A stretch of 64,000 bases of DNA from an uncultured Chloroflexia bacterium (GCA_963724295.1 CAVRUC010000010.1:288001-352000), one strand, 5' to 3'; positions 20,956-34,321 are shown, numbered from the stretch's first letter. Program-made: numbers and translations. The notes: generated from the sequence alone by a model not told the origin.

Positions 20956-23910
20956 CTACCCAGTCTTGGTGCGGGTCGCCTTCGTCCGGGCGCCGTTGCG
21001 GGCCGCTCCGTTCGCCTTTTCACTCCGGCGGCCATTCGCTGCCACCGTAACCGATGGAGCATCCACCAGCGCGGCCTGGATGATGCGAGCTTGCTCGACT
21101 CCGTGCCGGTCGAGCGATCCCTCGGCGGGAGAGGCACGCTCAGGCCGTCCGGCGTAGCGCAGCGGCAGCTGGCGCTCGATGCGATCTCCTTGCCCCTGCC
21201 CTTGCCCTTGCAGAAGCTCGCGCAGGCGCGGTTCGACGTAGGTCCAGGCACCCATGTTACGCGGCTCTTCCTGTGCCCAGACGATCTCCGCGAGATTCGG
21301 GTAACGCGCCAGGACGCGGGTAATCTCTTCGTCCGGGAAGGGGGCCAATCGCTCGACGCGGGCGATCGCCACGTCAGCGGCTTCTTCCCGCTGCGGAGAG
21401 CTGTCCAGCTCGACGGCGAGCTTGCCGGAGCACAGAACGAGACGCGTCACCGCCTCCGGCGCTTCGGCACGCCGTGGATCGTCCAGCACGGCCTGGAACT
21501 CGCCCTCGGCCAGCTCGTCGAGGGTCGACGCCGCCAGCGGGTTGCGCAGCAGGCTCTTGGGCGTCATCACCACCAGTGGCCGCCGATCGGAGGCGAGGGA
21601 CTTCGCCTGCCGCCGCAGCAGGTGGAAATATTGCGCCGCGGTCGTTGGGTTGGCGACGAGCAGATTGCCCTCGGCAAAGAGCTGCAGGAAACGCTCCAGC
21701 CGCGCCGACGAATGTTCGGGCCCCTGTCCTTCATAGCCGTGCGGCAAGAGCAGAACGAGCGCCGGCTCTTGCTGCCACTTGGCGCGCGCCGCCGCCAGGA
21801 ACTGGTCGATGATCACCTGCGCGCCGTTGGCAAAATCGCCAAACTGGGCTTCCCAGAGGACCAGCGCCTCCGGTGCGTGGACGGTGTAGCCATATTCGAA
21901 GCCAACCGCCGCGTTCTCGGACAGCGGGCTGTTGTAGACAGCAAACGACGCCTTCGCTTGCGGTAGTGTTTGCAAGGGAACCCATCGTTCCCCAGTGGAG
22001 GCGTCATGGAGCACCAGGTGGCGCTGGGAGAAGGTGCCCCGCTCCGTGTCCTGCCCGGTGAGCCGGATAGGTGTGCCGTCGGCGAGGATCGAGGCCAGCG
22101 CGAGGGTCTCGGCATGTGCCCAGTCGATCTTCCCCTGGCCATCGGGCTGACCGAGCACAGCCGCTCGCCGCTCCCATTGCCGCAGCAGCTTCGGGCTCAG
22201 CTGCGTCCCCTCTGGCAGCGTGTGGATCGCGACGTCGAAGGCTCGCAAATTGTCCGCCGGAACTCCGGTCCCGGCGGTCGTGGCAAGGTCGTGTTTTCCG
22301 TTCTCGTCGAAGGGAGCGGTGGCACTGCCGGAATCGACGACCTGCTTACGCGTGGCGGCCAGACCCTCGAGTGTCGTTTGCAGCATCCCGGCCGCTTCGT
22401 CGGCGGTGATGGCGCCCTCCGCGGCCAATTGCTCGGCGAAGCGCTGGCGGACGGTTGGATGCTGCGTGACGGTGGCGTACATCCGCGGTTGGGTGAAGGT
22501 CGGCTCGTCTCCCTCGTTGTGGCCCCAGCGGCGGTAGCCGACAAGATCGATCAGGAAGTCCTTGCCAAACTGCTGCCGGTAGGCGACGGCCAGCCGCGCC
22601 ACGGAGAGGCAGGAGAGTGGGTCGTCGGCGTTGACGTGCACCACCGGAATCTCGAATCCCTTGGCAAGATCGCCCGCGTAGAGAGTGCTGCGGGAATCGC
22701 GGGTGTCGGTTGTAAACCCGACCTGATTGTTGACGATGATGTGGATGGTGCCGCCAGTGGAATAGCCGGGAAGTCCGGAGAAGTTGAGCGTCTCGGCGAC
22801 GATGCCCTGTCCGGGGAACGCAGCGTCGCCATGAAGGAGGATCGCCATCGCCCGATCGCGATCCTGGGGCGGCGGCCCAGGTTGGCTGCAGTCGTCCTGG
22901 GAGGCGCGGGCCATCCCCTCCACGACCGGGTTGACGAACTCGAGATGACTCGGGTTCGGGGCAAGCGCCAGCGCCACCTCGATGGTCTCTCCGTCCGCGG
23001 CCCTGGCCCGCCGCGCCCCGAGGTGGTACTTCACGTCCCCGGTGACACCGTTGTCGCTGGAGGAGTCGGATGGCGAAGCGCTGCGCGCCATGCTTCCCTC
23101 GAAGGCGGCGATGATCGCGGCGTACGGCTTGCCGAGGATGTGCGTCAGGACATTGAGGCGACCGCGGTGGGCCATTCCCAGCACAACCTCGCGCACGCCG
23201 ATGGTGGCGGCATCACGAATGATCGTATCGAGCATCGGCACCAGCGTATCGGTGCCTTCGATCGAGAAGCGCTTCTGACCGAGATAGGTCTGGTGCAAGA
23301 ACCGCTCGAAGCCCTCGACCTCGGTCAGGCGCTCGAGTAGCTTCTTCTTGGCCTCAGGAGAGAGGTTCGCGGTGTAATGGCCGCTCTCGGCCGCCTCGCG
23401 CAGCCAGGCACGCTCCTCGGCAATCTGGACCTGATCGAAGTCATAACCGATCCCGCCACTGTAGATGCGGCGCAGATCGTCGATAGCCTCCTTGGCATTG
23501 GTGGCGTCGGGATTCGCCGGCCAGGGTACCGATTCGACCGGTAGGGTAGCGAGCTGAGCGTCAGTGAGACCGTAGAAGGTGGGATGGAGCTCCGGGGCGC
23601 CGTGCGGCGGCGTGCCGAGGGGGTCGAGCTGCACATCGAGGTGCCCGTAATCGCGAATCGCCTGCGCCAGCGCGGCCGCGCCGACGACAGCCGAAACATC
23701 GTAGATCGGTCCCGTTGGCGCCGACGTTGCGACCGGGGGAGCGCCGGACCGCGGCCGGGCCGCGGCGAGCGCTTCGACCTCGGTCGGATCGACACGCTCA
23801 AACGTCGCTCGTGTATCAGGATCGACGCTATTGGGATCTTGCAGATAGCGATCGTAGAGGTCGAGGACATAGCCGGCGTTCGGGCCGTGGAACGCGCTTA
23901 GGTCACTCAT
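20956..23910 (-). CDS. sucA: 2-oxoglutarate dehydrogenase E1
   Basis: [15 protein letters not shown]...[34 protein letters not shown]. Confidence 0.97.
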   Translation of the reverse strand: MSDLSAFHGPNAGYVLDLYDRYLQDPNSVDPDTRATFERVDPTEVEALAAARPRSGAPPVATSAPTGPIYDVSAVVGAAALAQAIRDYGHLDVQLDPLGTPPHGAPELHPTFYGLTDAQLATLPVESVPWPANPDATNAKEAIDDLRRIYSGGIGYDFDQVQIAEERAWLREAAESGHYTANLSPEAKKKLLERLTEVEGFERFLHQTYLGQKRFSIEGTDTLVPMLDTIIRDAATIGVREVVLGMAHRGRLNVLTHILGKPYAAIIAAFEGSMARSASPSDSSSDNGVTGDVKYHLGARRARAADGETIEVALALAPNPSHLEFVNPVVEGMARASQDDCSQPGPPPQDRDRAMAILLHGDAAFPGQGIVAETLNFSGLPGYSTGGTIHIIVNNQVGFTTDTRDSRSTLYAGDLAKGFEIPVVHVNADDPLSCLSVARLAVAYRQQFGKDFLIDLVGYRRWGHNEGDEPTFTQPRMYATVTQHPTVRQRFAEQLAAEGAITADEAAGMLQTTLEGLAATRKQVVDSGSATAPFDENGKHDLATTAGTGVPADNLRAFDVAIHTLPEGTQLSPKLLRQWERRAAVLGQPDGQGKIDWAHAETLALASILADGTPIRLTGQDTERGTFSQRHLVLHDASTGERWVPLQTLPQAKASFAVYNSPLSENAAVGFEYGYTVHAPEALVLWEAQFGDFANGAQVIIDQFLAAARAKWQQEPALVLLLPHGYEGQGPEHSSARLERFLQLFAEGNLLVANPTTAAQYFHLLRRQAKSLASDRRPLVVMTPKSLLRNPLAASTLDELAEGEFQAVLDDPRRAEAPEAVTRLVLCSGKLAVELDSSPQREEAADVAIARVERLAPFPDEEITRVLARYPNLAEIVWAQEEPRNMGAWTYVEPRLRELLQGQGQGQGDRIERQLPLRYAGRPERASPAEGSLDRHGVEQARIIQAALVDAPSVTVAANGRRSEKANGAARNGARTKATRTKTG

Positions 23911-24233
23911 GATCTATCCACTCAATTTGCCCAGATCGGACGCCCCGGGATGGCTCGAGACCGGCACCGCCTGGAGCCCGCCTCACCATGTCGTCTCGGT
24001 ATTATGGCATGCGCTGTCCATGACGATGACGCTTGCGAGATGCGTGCCACGCCATTGTTGGCCCGTTGCCAGCGACCGGCCTAGGTTTGCGACCAGTGTC
24101 ATCACACGCTTGCCGCATTGTCGAGAACGTTCGACACGTCCGCGGGACGATGGAGCCCGCGGACCGACATGCGCGACGACGGAGTATCATCGTCAGGAAC
24201 AATTCTCCGCACGAACAGACAGACGCTTGCACG

Positions 24234-26075
24234 ATGTCTACCGCCCTTCCCCAGGCCGTTCAATCTCGGCTCGATAGTCCTGACCGGCTCGCGGCTGTCG
24301 CACGGCTCGGTCTTGTCGGAACGCCGCGTGAGGAGGCCTTCGATCGCCTCACGCGGCTGGCGGCCCGGGTGCTCGGCGTGCGGGGAGCGCTGGTCACCGT
24401 CACGACCACCGAGGTCCAGTTCTGCAAGAGCAGCGTGGGACTCCCTGAACCGTGGACCACGTCCGGGCTGCCTCTAACCTATGGTTTGTGTCCCTACATG
24501 GTCGCCAGCGGTGAACCGCTCCTCGTCGCCGACGCCCGTGTTGATCCCCGGTTCCAGGATAACCCCGGAGTGCGCGAGCTCGGCGTAGCTGGTTATGCGG
24601 GAGTCCCGCTCCTGACAACGGATGGGCAGGCGATTGGCGCCTTCTGCGCCTTCGACGATCGGCCGCGCACCTGGACGACGGAAGATCTGCGGACACTCGA
24701 GGATCTGGCCGCGGCGGCCATGACCGAGGTGGAGCTGCGGGCCACGACCGCGGCGATGCGGGCCAGCGCGGCGACACTACGTGAAGAGGGCGCAACGCTC
24801 GAGATCATCAACCACGTCGGACGGCTGCTGACCGCCGAGCTCGATCTGGCGACGCTGGTGCAGGCGGTGACGGATGCCGCGACTGCCCTCACCGGCGCTC
24901 GTTTTGGTGCCTTTTTCTACAACGCGCTTGACGCGCGTGGCGAGTACTACACCCTCTACGCAATCGCCGGTGTTCCCCGTGAAGCGTTTGAACAATTTCC
25001 ATTGCCGCGGAATACCGCGCTTTTCGGACCGACTTTCCGCGGTGACGGCGCGGTCCGCATTGGCGACGTTCGCCAGGATGAACGGTTCGGCCAGAATCCA
25101 CCGTTCTTCGGTATGCCGGCGGACCACTTACAGGTTGTCAGCTACCTCGCCGTGCCCGTCATCGCGCGCGCCGGTAAAGTGCTGGGAGGGCTCTTCTTCG
25201 GTCATCCGGAGCCAGACGTTTTCGATGAGCGGGCAGAGCGCTTCGCGGCCGGCCTCGCCGCCCAGGCGGCCGTGGCGGTCGAGAACGCCCGCCTCTACCA
25301 ACAGGCGCAGGAGGAGCTGGCCGCTCGGGGACGGGCAGAGGCCGAAAAGGAGGCGTTCCTCGACGCGGTGGCGCACGACCTGGGGAACCCGCTGACAACG
25401 GTGAAGGGCCAGGCACAGCTGCTGCGCCGTCGAGCACGACAGGGCCGCGCCGATCTGGCGACCCTGGAGACGGGGCTTGGCGCCATCGAGGGCGCGACGG
25501 ATCGGGCCACCCGCCTGATCGCCGAGCTCACCGATGCCGCACGCCTCGAAGCGCAACGGCCCCTGGATCTGAGACGAACAGCAATCGATCTCGTGGCGCT
25601 GGCCGAGGCCAGCATCAGGGAGTCGCAGGCCGCCGCTGCCGGTCACCCGCTGCACCTGGAGACCGGCGTCGCTGAGGTGGTGGGACTGTGGGATGCCGAC
25701 CGGTTGACGCGCGTGCTGGAGAATCTGGTGGCCAATGCCGTGAAATACAGCCCGGCCGGGAGCACGGTTGTGGTGCAAATCGACCGCGAGGAAGCGCCCG
25801 ACGGTCCGGTCGCCGTGCTCTCCATCACGGATCAAGGTGTCGGCATCCCGGCCGACGACTTACCGCATATCTTCGAGCGCTTCCGCCGCGGTGGCAACGT
25901 AGCCGGTCGCGTTGCCGGCAGCGGGCTCGGGTTGTGGGGGAGCCAGCGCATTGTCGCGCAGCACGGTGGCACGATCGCTATCGACAGCACCGAAGGTCAA
26001 GGCACGACCGTCACCGTGCGGTTGCCACTCAAGGTCGGTGAGGCAACGCCCGATTCCCCCACCCGCGACGATTGA
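24234..26075 (+). CDS. GAF-GAF sensor histidine kinase
   Basis: Two GAF domains, VAHDLGNPL H-box, NAVKYS, DQGVGI, GSGLGL. Confidence 0.9.
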   Translation: MSTALPQAVQSRLDSPDRLAAVARLGLVGTPREEAFDRLTRLAARVLGVRGALVTVTTTEVQFCKSSVGLPEPWTTSGLPLTYGLCPYMVASGEPLLVADARVDPRFQDNPGVRELGVAGYAGVPLLTTDGQAIGAFCAFDDRPRTWTTEDLRTLEDLAAAAMTEVELRATTAAMRASAATLREEGATLEIINHVGRLLTAELDLATLVQAVTDAATALTGARFGAFFYNALDARGEYYTLYAIAGVPREAFEQFPLPRNTALFGPTFRGDGAVRIGDVRQDERFGQNPPFFGMPADHLQVVSYLAVPVIARAGKVLGGLFFGHPEPDVFDERAERFAAGLAAQAAVAVENARLYQQAQEELAARGRAEAEKEAFLDAVAHDLGNPLTTVKGQAQLLRRRARQGRADLATLETGLGAIEGATDRATRLIAELTDAARLEAQRPLDLRRTAIDLVALAEASIRESQAAAAGHPLHLETGVAEVVGLWDADRLTRVLENLVANAVKYSPAGSTVVVQIDREEAPDGPVAVLSITDQGVGIPADDLPHIFERFRRGGNVAGRVAGSGLGLWGSQRIVAQHGGTIAIDSTEGQGTTVTVRLPLKVGEATPDSPTRDD

Positions 26076-26180
26076 AGCTGCAACGGCCCACGATGCCGAC
26101 TGACGTGCCTGCTTCTGATCTAGAACGCAATTAGGTGGACAGGACCTGTTATCTTGGAAAAGTTAGGACGGGGCAATGAT

Positions 26181-26375
26181 ATGAAGATCATGAATGCTCG
26201 CACGGAATCGAAGATTCAGCAGACACATCCGCCCACGGCGACCCAGGATGAGCAGGGTAAGTCGCAGCTACCCCCAGCGCCAGTCCTCTCCCAAAAGACG
26301 CCGCAGGAGTTCTACGCCGAGATCACCAAGCGTCCGGATGTTCGGGAGGTCTTGGAGGAACTCGCTACCGGGTAA
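26181..26375 (+). CDS. Small protein, putative antitoxin for downstream Doc
   Basis: 64 aa directly upstream of a Fic/Doc gene; C-terminal helix REVLEELA. Confidence 0.45.
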   Translation: MKIMNARTESKIQQTHPPTATQDEQGKSQLPPAPVLSQKTPQEFYAEITKRPDVREVLEELATG

Positions 26376-26412
26376 CCGGGGTATCGCAAGGCATGGGCTC
26401 GGTCCAGACTGA

Positions 26413-26937
26413 ATGACGGAGCAGGATGACCCAGCGCTCGCAAGTCTCCTCGCACGACTACGCTGGAAATTAACGGAGCCTGTTGATTTCACTCGCACCG
26501 ATCCTGAATCGACGGTCGCCAAGGTCCGCCTCTTGTCTGCCGCGGCCGTCTATTTCAACGTTCTAGCTGTCACCGAGTTCGGCGGGCGACCAGGGCCAGT
26601 CCGCCAAGAAGGGCTCGTCGAGCAAGTTGTGGCCGCCGCTTTTCAGACATTCCAGGGGACGGATCCGCATCCCTCCCCATTCGACAAGGCGGCCACGCTC
26701 CTGCGCGGCATCATTCAAGGGCATCCCTTCGCCGACGGGAACAAGCGGACCGGCTTCTTGGTGGCGATCTACTACCTTGATAGTGTGGGATTCGTATTGC
26801 GACCGAACCTAGCTCCAGATCAGATCATTTCCTTCTGCCGGCGCGTCTCGGCCGGCGAAGTGCGCGATCCGAAGATCATCGTTGTGGCGCTGAAGGCGTG
26901 GACCGAACCGCGCGGCGAGGAAACATCAGTTCAGTGA
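26413..26937 (+). CDS. Fic/Doc family toxin
   Basis: Doc-type motif HPFADGNKRTG; FDKAATL. Confidence 0.88.
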   Translation: MTEQDDPALASLLARLRWKLTEPVDFTRTDPESTVAKVRLLSAAAVYFNVLAVTEFGGRPGPVRQEGLVEQVVAAAFQTFQGTDPHPSPFDKAATLLRGIIQGHPFADGNKRTGFLVAIYYLDSVGFVLRPNLAPDQIISFCRRVSAGEVRDPKIIVVALKAWTEPRGEETSVQ

Positions 26938-27040
26938 GCCTGATCATGCTTTGTTCGATCGTATTTTCCGCGACACGCGTTGGAGCCGGAGGTTCCGATG
27001 AGGCGTTACCCGAAGTCTGTGTCCGTCATTCGGCGCTCGC

Positions 27041-28603
27041 TCAGCCGCTCATCCCGGCGTAGGCCAGCATGACCGTCAACGCGCGATACCAGCGATCCGC
27101 GAGCTCGACGATGGAACTCGAGAAGATGATCCCGCCTAGCAAAGAGACAACGGCCATCGCGCCGATGCCGACGTTCAGCAGACCGGTCTTCGCCGGTCGC
27201 AGCTCACGCTCCGGCGCATTGAAGTACATCGCCGCCACTACCCGCAGGTAATAAAAGGCGCTCACCGCCGAGAGGACGACGATGGCGAGGGCCAGGATCA
27301 AGCCGATCGCCCCAATCTCGATCGCCGCCACGATCACCTGGTACTTCGCATAGAAGCCGATCGTCGGCGGGATGCCCATCAGGGAGATGAGGAAGACGGT
27401 CAGCGCCGCCGCCGCCAGCGGCTCTCTGGAAGCCAGCCCGTTATAGTCGTCCAGTTCCATGCCCCGTCCGCGATGCTGCACCCAGGTCACTACGGCGAAG
27501 GCGCCGATGTTCATCACCGCGTAGGCGAGCAGGTACATAAGCAGGCTGGAGATGCCGTTTTCACCAGTCGTCGGGGTCGCGCCGGGGGCCAGGAACCCAC
27601 CGGTGGAGCGATAGGCGGCCAGACCCACCATCATGTAGCCGGTGTGCGCGATCGACGAGTAGGCGAGCATCCGCTTCACATTGCGCTGGGCGATGGCCAC
27701 GATGTTGCCGAATGCCATCGTTACCAGCGCCAGCACCGCGATGACATTCACCCAGTCGTCGCTCAGCGGTCCGAGCGCCTGCACCAGGATACGAATCGTC
27801 GCGGCGAACGCCGCCACCTTCGGCACGACGGACATGAACGCCGTCACCGGGGTCGCCGCGCCGTCGTAGGCATCGGGCGTCCAGAAGTGGAAGGGCACGG
27901 CGGCCATCTTGAAGCCGAGCCCGACGATGATCAGGAGAAGCGCGAGCACCAGGGCCGGATCGAGGTTGGTCTCTCCGGTGACGCTGTTCTGCAAGGCGAT
28001 GGCGATGTCGTCGAGGTTCGTGGTGCCTGTCAGGCCATACACCCAGGCCATGCCATAGACCAGGATGGCGGAGGCGAAGATGCCGAGCAGGAAGTACTTC
28101 ATACCGCCCTCGAGAGCGGTCTGACGCCGCCTGGCGAAGGCGGTGAGGATATAGGTGGCCAGAGACGAAAGCTCGATGGCGACGAAGATCATCAGCAGAT
28201 CGCCGGCGGTACCGACCAGCATGGCGCCGAGGATGGCGAAGGCGAGCAGCACGTAGAACTCGCCAATCGGCAGATGCCCTTCGAGCTGATCGACGTAGGA
28301 GGCCGCGGTGACAACGCTGAGCACCGCCGAGATGAGGATGACCAGCGACAGGAAGACCGAAAGCCCGTCAGCTCGGAATGACCCCGAGAAGGTCGCCGCG
28401 TTCAGACCGTCCTGCCACCAGAGCGCGGCTGCCGACAGCCCATAGCCGATCAGGGAGACGCCGGTGAGCAGAGCATAGTGGTGGCGTCGCGGCAGAAACG
28501 CGTCCAGGACCATGAGCAGCAGCGCCAGCCCGAAGATAATGAGTTGTGGGTAGGTGAGGCTCCAGTCCGGCGTCTGGAGGCCTGCTGGCAGATCGTAGAG
28601 CAT
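27041..28603 (-). CDS. nuoN: NADH-quinone oxidoreductase subunit N
   Basis: EGGMKYF, GFKMAAVPFHFWTPDAYDGA, KRMLAYSSIAH. Confidence 0.95.
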   Translation of the reverse strand: MLYDLPAGLQTPDWSLTYPQLIIFGLALLLMVLDAFLPRRHHYALLTGVSLIGYGLSAAALWWQDGLNAATFSGSFRADGLSVFLSLVILISAVLSVVTAASYVDQLEGHLPIGEFYVLLAFAILGAMLVGTAGDLLMIFVAIELSSLATYILTAFARRRQTALEGGMKYFLLGIFASAILVYGMAWVYGLTGTTNLDDIAIALQNSVTGETNLDPALVLALLLIIVGLGFKMAAVPFHFWTPDAYDGAATPVTAFMSVVPKVAAFAATIRILVQALGPLSDDWVNVIAVLALVTMAFGNIVAIAQRNVKRMLAYSSIAHTGYMMVGLAAYRSTGGFLAPGATPTTGENGISSLLMYLLAYAVMNIGAFAVVTWVQHRGRGMELDDYNGLASREPLAAAALTVFLISLMGIPPTIGFYAKYQVIVAAIEIGAIGLILALAIVVLSAVSAFYYLRVVAAMYFNAPERELRPAKTGLLNVGIGAMAVVSLLGGIIFSSSIVELADRWYRALTVMLAYAGMSG

Positions 28604-28640
28604 CAGTCTTCTCCGAAGTCGGCCGGTGTGTCCCCGTCGC

Positions 28641-30403
<1,763 letters not shown>

Positions 30404-30404
<1 letters not shown>

Positions 30405-30500
30405 AGGGTCATAGGGTGATCGGGTGATAGGGAGAATCCCTCCGTACCCCCTATTACCCGATCACCGTGAGCGCAGCGAACAATCACCCGATCACCCCCG
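30404..30500. repeat. Modular palindromic intergenic repeat
   Basis: (GGGTGATC/GGGTCATA)n ... (ATCACCCG)n with GTGAGCGCAGCGAAC module. Confidence 0.75.
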
Positions 30501-32519
30501 TTACCGGAACAGCGTGCTCGACAACCCCAGATAGATCCCGACCAGCACCACCATGCCGAGCGCGATGGCCAGGGCGTAGTTCGTCACCAGACCGGTCTGG
30601 ACGTGGCGTAATCGCTGGCTGACCGCGCCGATGCCGAAGCCGACGCCGTTGACCGCCGCGTCGATGATGCGGATGTCGACCACCCGCCAGAGCGCGTTGG
30701 CGAGATTGCCCAACGGCCGCACGATCGCCCCGTTGTACAGCTCATCCCACCGCCACTTGTCGCGCAGGAAGAGATAGAGGGCAGACGCGCGCTCCTCCAG
30801 AGCAGGCATGGTGCGGCGCGAGTACATCAGGAACGCCAACCCGATGCCCGCAACCGCCGCGGCCGTCGAGGCGACCCCGAAGGCAATCACCGTTTGCTGC
30901 GAGACATGATGTTCTTCTTCCGCGGCCGCCCCGGTGCCGTGCCCCTCTTCGCCCTCCTCTTCACCAGCTGGGACGGTCTCCTCCTGCAGCATATAGAGCG
31001 AGGCCACCTCGTCCCCTTCGGCCGTATCTTCAGCATCGTGGAACACTGGCTCCAGGAAGGCGTGAATGGAGCCCGCTTCCGGCGGCCAGCCGATCAACCA
31101 GCCGAGGGCCACCGATGGGATCGCCAGCAGCACCAGCGGGATCGCCATCGACGGCGGCGACTCGTGCGGATGGATGTCGTGCGGGTCGAACCGCGGCTCA
31201 CCAGTGAAGACGAGGAAGACGAGGCGAAACATGTAGAACGCGGTGAAGAAGGCGGTCACCAGCCCGACGATGGCCAGGATCTGCCCGATCGGGATCAGAT
31301 CCGTGACCCAGGCTCCGACGAGGATCTCGTCCTTCGACCAGAACCCGGCGAAGGGAATCATGCCCGCGTTGGCAAATGAGGCGGCGAGGAACGTCCAGAA
31401 CGTGACCGGCATCCAGCGCCGCAGGCCGCCCATGCGCTGGATGTTCTGCTCCTCGTGCATGCCGTGGATGACGCTGCCGGCGCCGAGGAAGAGACACCCC
31501 TTGAAGAAGGCGTGGGTGACGAGGTGGAAGATGGCCGGGATGAAGGCACCGACACCCGCGCCCATCGCCATGTAACCGAGCTGCGACAGCGTCGAGTAGG
31601 CAACGACGCGCTTGATGTCGTTCTGGGCTACGGCGATCGTGGCCGCCATGAACGAGGTAAAGGCGCCGATGAGCGCGACGACCAGCATCGCGGTCGGCGC
31701 GGATTCATAGAACGTGTGCGTGCGGACGATCAAGTAGATACCGGCGGTGACCATCGTCGCGGCGTGGATCAGCGCCGAGACCGGGGTCGGACCCTCCATC
31801 GCGTCCGGCAGCCAGACGTGCAGTGGGAATTGCGCGCTCTTGCCGGCCGCGCCGCCGAAGAGAAGGAGGGCGATGCCGGTGACCACCGCGACCGGTGCAG
31901 CCGGTACCTGGGCGAAGACCTCACTAAATTCGAGCGTGCCGAACTGATAGAAGATCCAGATCAGTCCCAGGCCAAAGGCCAGGTCGCCGATGCGGTTGAC
32001 GATGAAGGCCTTCTGCGCGGCGCCGGCGGCGGAGCGGCGGGTGAACCAGAACCCGATCAGCAGGTACGACGCCAGACCGACCCCCTCCCAGAAGAAGAAG
32101 AGGAGGAGGAAGTTGTCGGCCAGGACCAGCATCAGCATCGAGAAGACAAAGAAAGGAAGATAGGCGAAGAAGCGGGCAAAACCCGGGTCGCCCTCCATAT
32201 ACCCCTTGGAATAGACGTGGACCAGAAATCCGACGCTGGTGACCACGAGCAGCATCACCGCGGTCAACTGATCGACGAAGAGATTGATCCCGATGTGGAA
32301 GGTGCCGGATTGAATCCAGGTGTAGAGATCCTGGCGTAGTGGTTCGCCCGTTGCGCTGATCTGCCGGAACACCAGCAGCGAGAGAAGGAACGAAGCGAAG
32401 ACAGCCGGGGTGGCGATCCAGTGCGCAGCGGTGCGCAGAAACCGCCCGAAGAGGAGGTTGACGGCGAAGGCCAGAAGCGGCAGCAGCGGGATGAGGTAGA
32501 GGTACTGTTCCATTGCCAT
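30501..32519 (-). CDS. nuoL: NADH-quinone oxidoreductase subunit L
   Basis: WEGVG, GKSAQFPLHVWLPDAMEGPTPVSALIHAATMV, THAFFKG; start 32519 or 32513. Confidence 0.95.
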   Translation of the reverse strand: MAMEQYLYLIPLLPLLAFAVNLLFGRFLRTAAHWIATPAVFASFLLSLLVFRQISATGEPLRQDLYTWIQSGTFHIGINLFVDQLTAVMLLVVTSVGFLVHVYSKGYMEGDPGFARFFAYLPFFVFSMLMLVLADNFLLLFFFWEGVGLASYLLIGFWFTRRSAAGAAQKAFIVNRIGDLAFGLGLIWIFYQFGTLEFSEVFAQVPAAPVAVVTGIALLLFGGAAGKSAQFPLHVWLPDAMEGPTPVSALIHAATMVTAGIYLIVRTHTFYESAPTAMLVVALIGAFTSFMAATIAVAQNDIKRVVAYSTLSQLGYMAMGAGVGAFIPAIFHLVTHAFFKGCLFLGAGSVIHGMHEEQNIQRMGGLRRWMPVTFWTFLAASFANAGMIPFAGFWSKDEILVGAWVTDLIPIGQILAIVGLVTAFFTAFYMFRLVFLVFTGEPRFDPHDIHPHESPPSMAIPLVLLAIPSVALGWLIGWPPEAGSIHAFLEPVFHDAEDTAEGDEVASLYMLQEETVPAGEEEGEEGHGTGAAAEEEHHVSQQTVIAFGVASTAAAVAGIGLAFLMYSRRTMPALEERASALYLFLRDKWRWDELYNGAIVRPLGNLANALWRVVDIRIIDAAVNGVGFGIGAVSQRLRHVQTGLVTNYALAIALGMVVLVGIYLGLSSTLFR

Positions 32520-32656
32520 TAGCGGACTACGGCTGGTGTCATGGCGCGAGCGGTCGCACCTCTCATTCCGCGTTTCCTCCACCCAATACGCCGTGGCGGA
32601 CCGCCCGGCGAAAAGCCCGCGCAAGTGTAACCTGAGACGGGATGATGGGGAGGACG

Positions 32657-32880
32657 GGCACGGGATGGCGCGGAGGGCCTCTTCGTCGCCCAGCAATGGC
32701 TGCAGCCCGGCGACCGGGTCCTGCTGCACACCCACCCGGTCGAGGAGGCCATCACCTTTCTCGCGGGATCAGGCGAGGCGACGCTCGGCGAAGAGACCGT
32801 ACCTATTGGAGCTGGTGTCAGCCTCTACATCCCCGCCGGTGAGGTCCATGGGTTCCGCTGCACTGAGGGAACCTTCCACG
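32657..32880 (+). pseudogene. Internal fragment of a cupin gene, direct repeat of 38023-38246
   Basis: 224 bp, 14 mismatches by manual count; no start codon; ends abruptly at CACG. Confidence 0.9.
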
Positions 32881-33560
32881 TGTGCTGCGTAACACAACAG
32901 ATTCACTGGAAGGGGCGGGCTTCATCTCAATTTCCCAGCGAGGTAGCGGAACCCCATCGCTGCTGACCGTATTGAGTCGCCAGACGCGTACCTGAACGCC
33001 CTGTGCAGTGAGCGCCAAACGCCGTTCGTCGTAGGTCAGGGTATCGATATTGGACGCGACCGTCTGGCACCACGCCGCGAGGTCACGCACCTTCGTGGCG
33101 TCGGCTTCAGCGTCTGAGGCGATTTGCCCTTCGACATCGGTCCAGACCAGCTGCAGGCATATGGGCCTTCCTGCACAAGGTCCTGGAAAGGACAGGCCAG
33201 ATGGGGTACTGCGGACTGGATGGCTGCAATGTGCCGTATCCGGAAGAGGTTCAGACCGCTCGTACAAGCTGACCCACCGCTCGTAGTCCCTCTCGTCCTC
33301 CTCCGACCAGGAGACGAAGTCCGCGTCGAGGTCGCGCCGCAGCGTCTCCCGGATATCGAGGGGAAGGTTGAGCGCGATTTCGTAGCGAGGTAGCCCCGAC
33401 CCGGCCTTGGCTACGATGACCTCGACCCCGAGGCGGCGCAACCATTCTCGCCGCGCGGCGAAGGCAAGCTCCTGCAAGCGTTTCAGTTCGGCCGGCCACA
33501 CCGACAACCAGTCGGCCACGGCCTTCCCCCGGCGCTCCAGCGTCGTCGGCCACCATAGCG
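32881..33560 (-). mobile_element. Relic of two tandem C-terminal tails resembling large serine recombinases
   Basis: Two similar blocks: RREWLRRLGVEVIV..LPRYEI and RRLALTAQGVQVRV..LPRWEI; no catalytic domain present. Confidence 0.55.
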
Positions 33561-33591
33561 CTCAGATGTTGTGAGGAGGCGACCGGGGTCA

Positions 33592-33619
33592 TTTACAAGA
33601 CTAAGAGAACCGCTACTAT
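33592..33619 (+). promoter_or_regulatory. Putative sigma70 promoter for hsp20
   Basis: TTTACA-16 nt-TACTAT. Confidence 0.4.
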
Positions 33620-33754
33620 GTTAGAGGCCCGCTCGGGATCCTTCGCTCTCTCCCAGCCTGTTCTCAGATCGGCATCAGGCGGACGAGAGACGCTGGCTGC
33701 GGCGCATAGCTATCAGCTCTCGCTTCGCCGAGAGCAAGACGGAGGAGAAAGCCG

Positions 33755-34198
33755 ATGTTCAACCGTTTGCGTCAACCACGGGACATCGATCGGCTGTTGG
33801 ACGATGTCGATCACCTGATAACCGAGGGGGTTGCCTACGCCCGGAAATTCTCGCGGCAATATGGCAGCCGGCCGGCTATCGACCTCTACGACACTGGCAC
33901 GGAACTGGTCGTCAAGGCGCTGGCCCCGGGCGGCCGTCCCGAAGAGATCGGCGTCACCATCGAGAAGAATACGCTGACACTCCAGGGTAACTACGGCTAT
34001 TCGCTGAGTGAAGACGAGGACCAGAATCTTGTGTGGTACCGGCGTGAGATCGTTTCCGGCCGCTTCGCGGAGACCGTCACTCTTCCGGTCGAGGTCGAAA
34101 CCGAGCAAGTCAGCGCGACGTTCACAGACGGCGTTCTGACGATAATCATGCCGAAGGTGCCTGCGGCACGCACGAAGCGCATCTCAGTACATGTCTAG
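33755..34198 (+). CDS. Hsp20/alpha-crystallin family protein
   Basis: PAIDLYDT, GRFAETVTLP, ATFTDGVLTIIMPK; RBS GGAGGAG. Confidence 0.92.
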   Translation: MFNRLRQPRDIDRLLDDVDHLITEGVAYARKFSRQYGSRPAIDLYDTGTELVVKALAPGGRPEEIGVTIEKNTLTLQGNYGYSLSEDEDQNLVWYRREIVSGRFAETVTLPVEVETEQVSATFTDGVLTIIMPKVPAARTKRISVHV

Positions 34199-34321
34199 CA
34201 TGATCGGCTCGCAGCGGGACATTCTCGCGCTCCTTGCGCTCACCCTCACGGCGTCCTGATTGACTGACTACCTGTTTCCTTCGCTCTGGCCATCGCTGGC
34301 GTCACCGCAAGCGGGCTCGTC

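Noticed and set aside
30501..32735. 744-aa NuoL with N-terminal extension
   Set aside because: The extension runs through intergenic DNA and the antisense cupin fragment; homology starts at 32519/32513.
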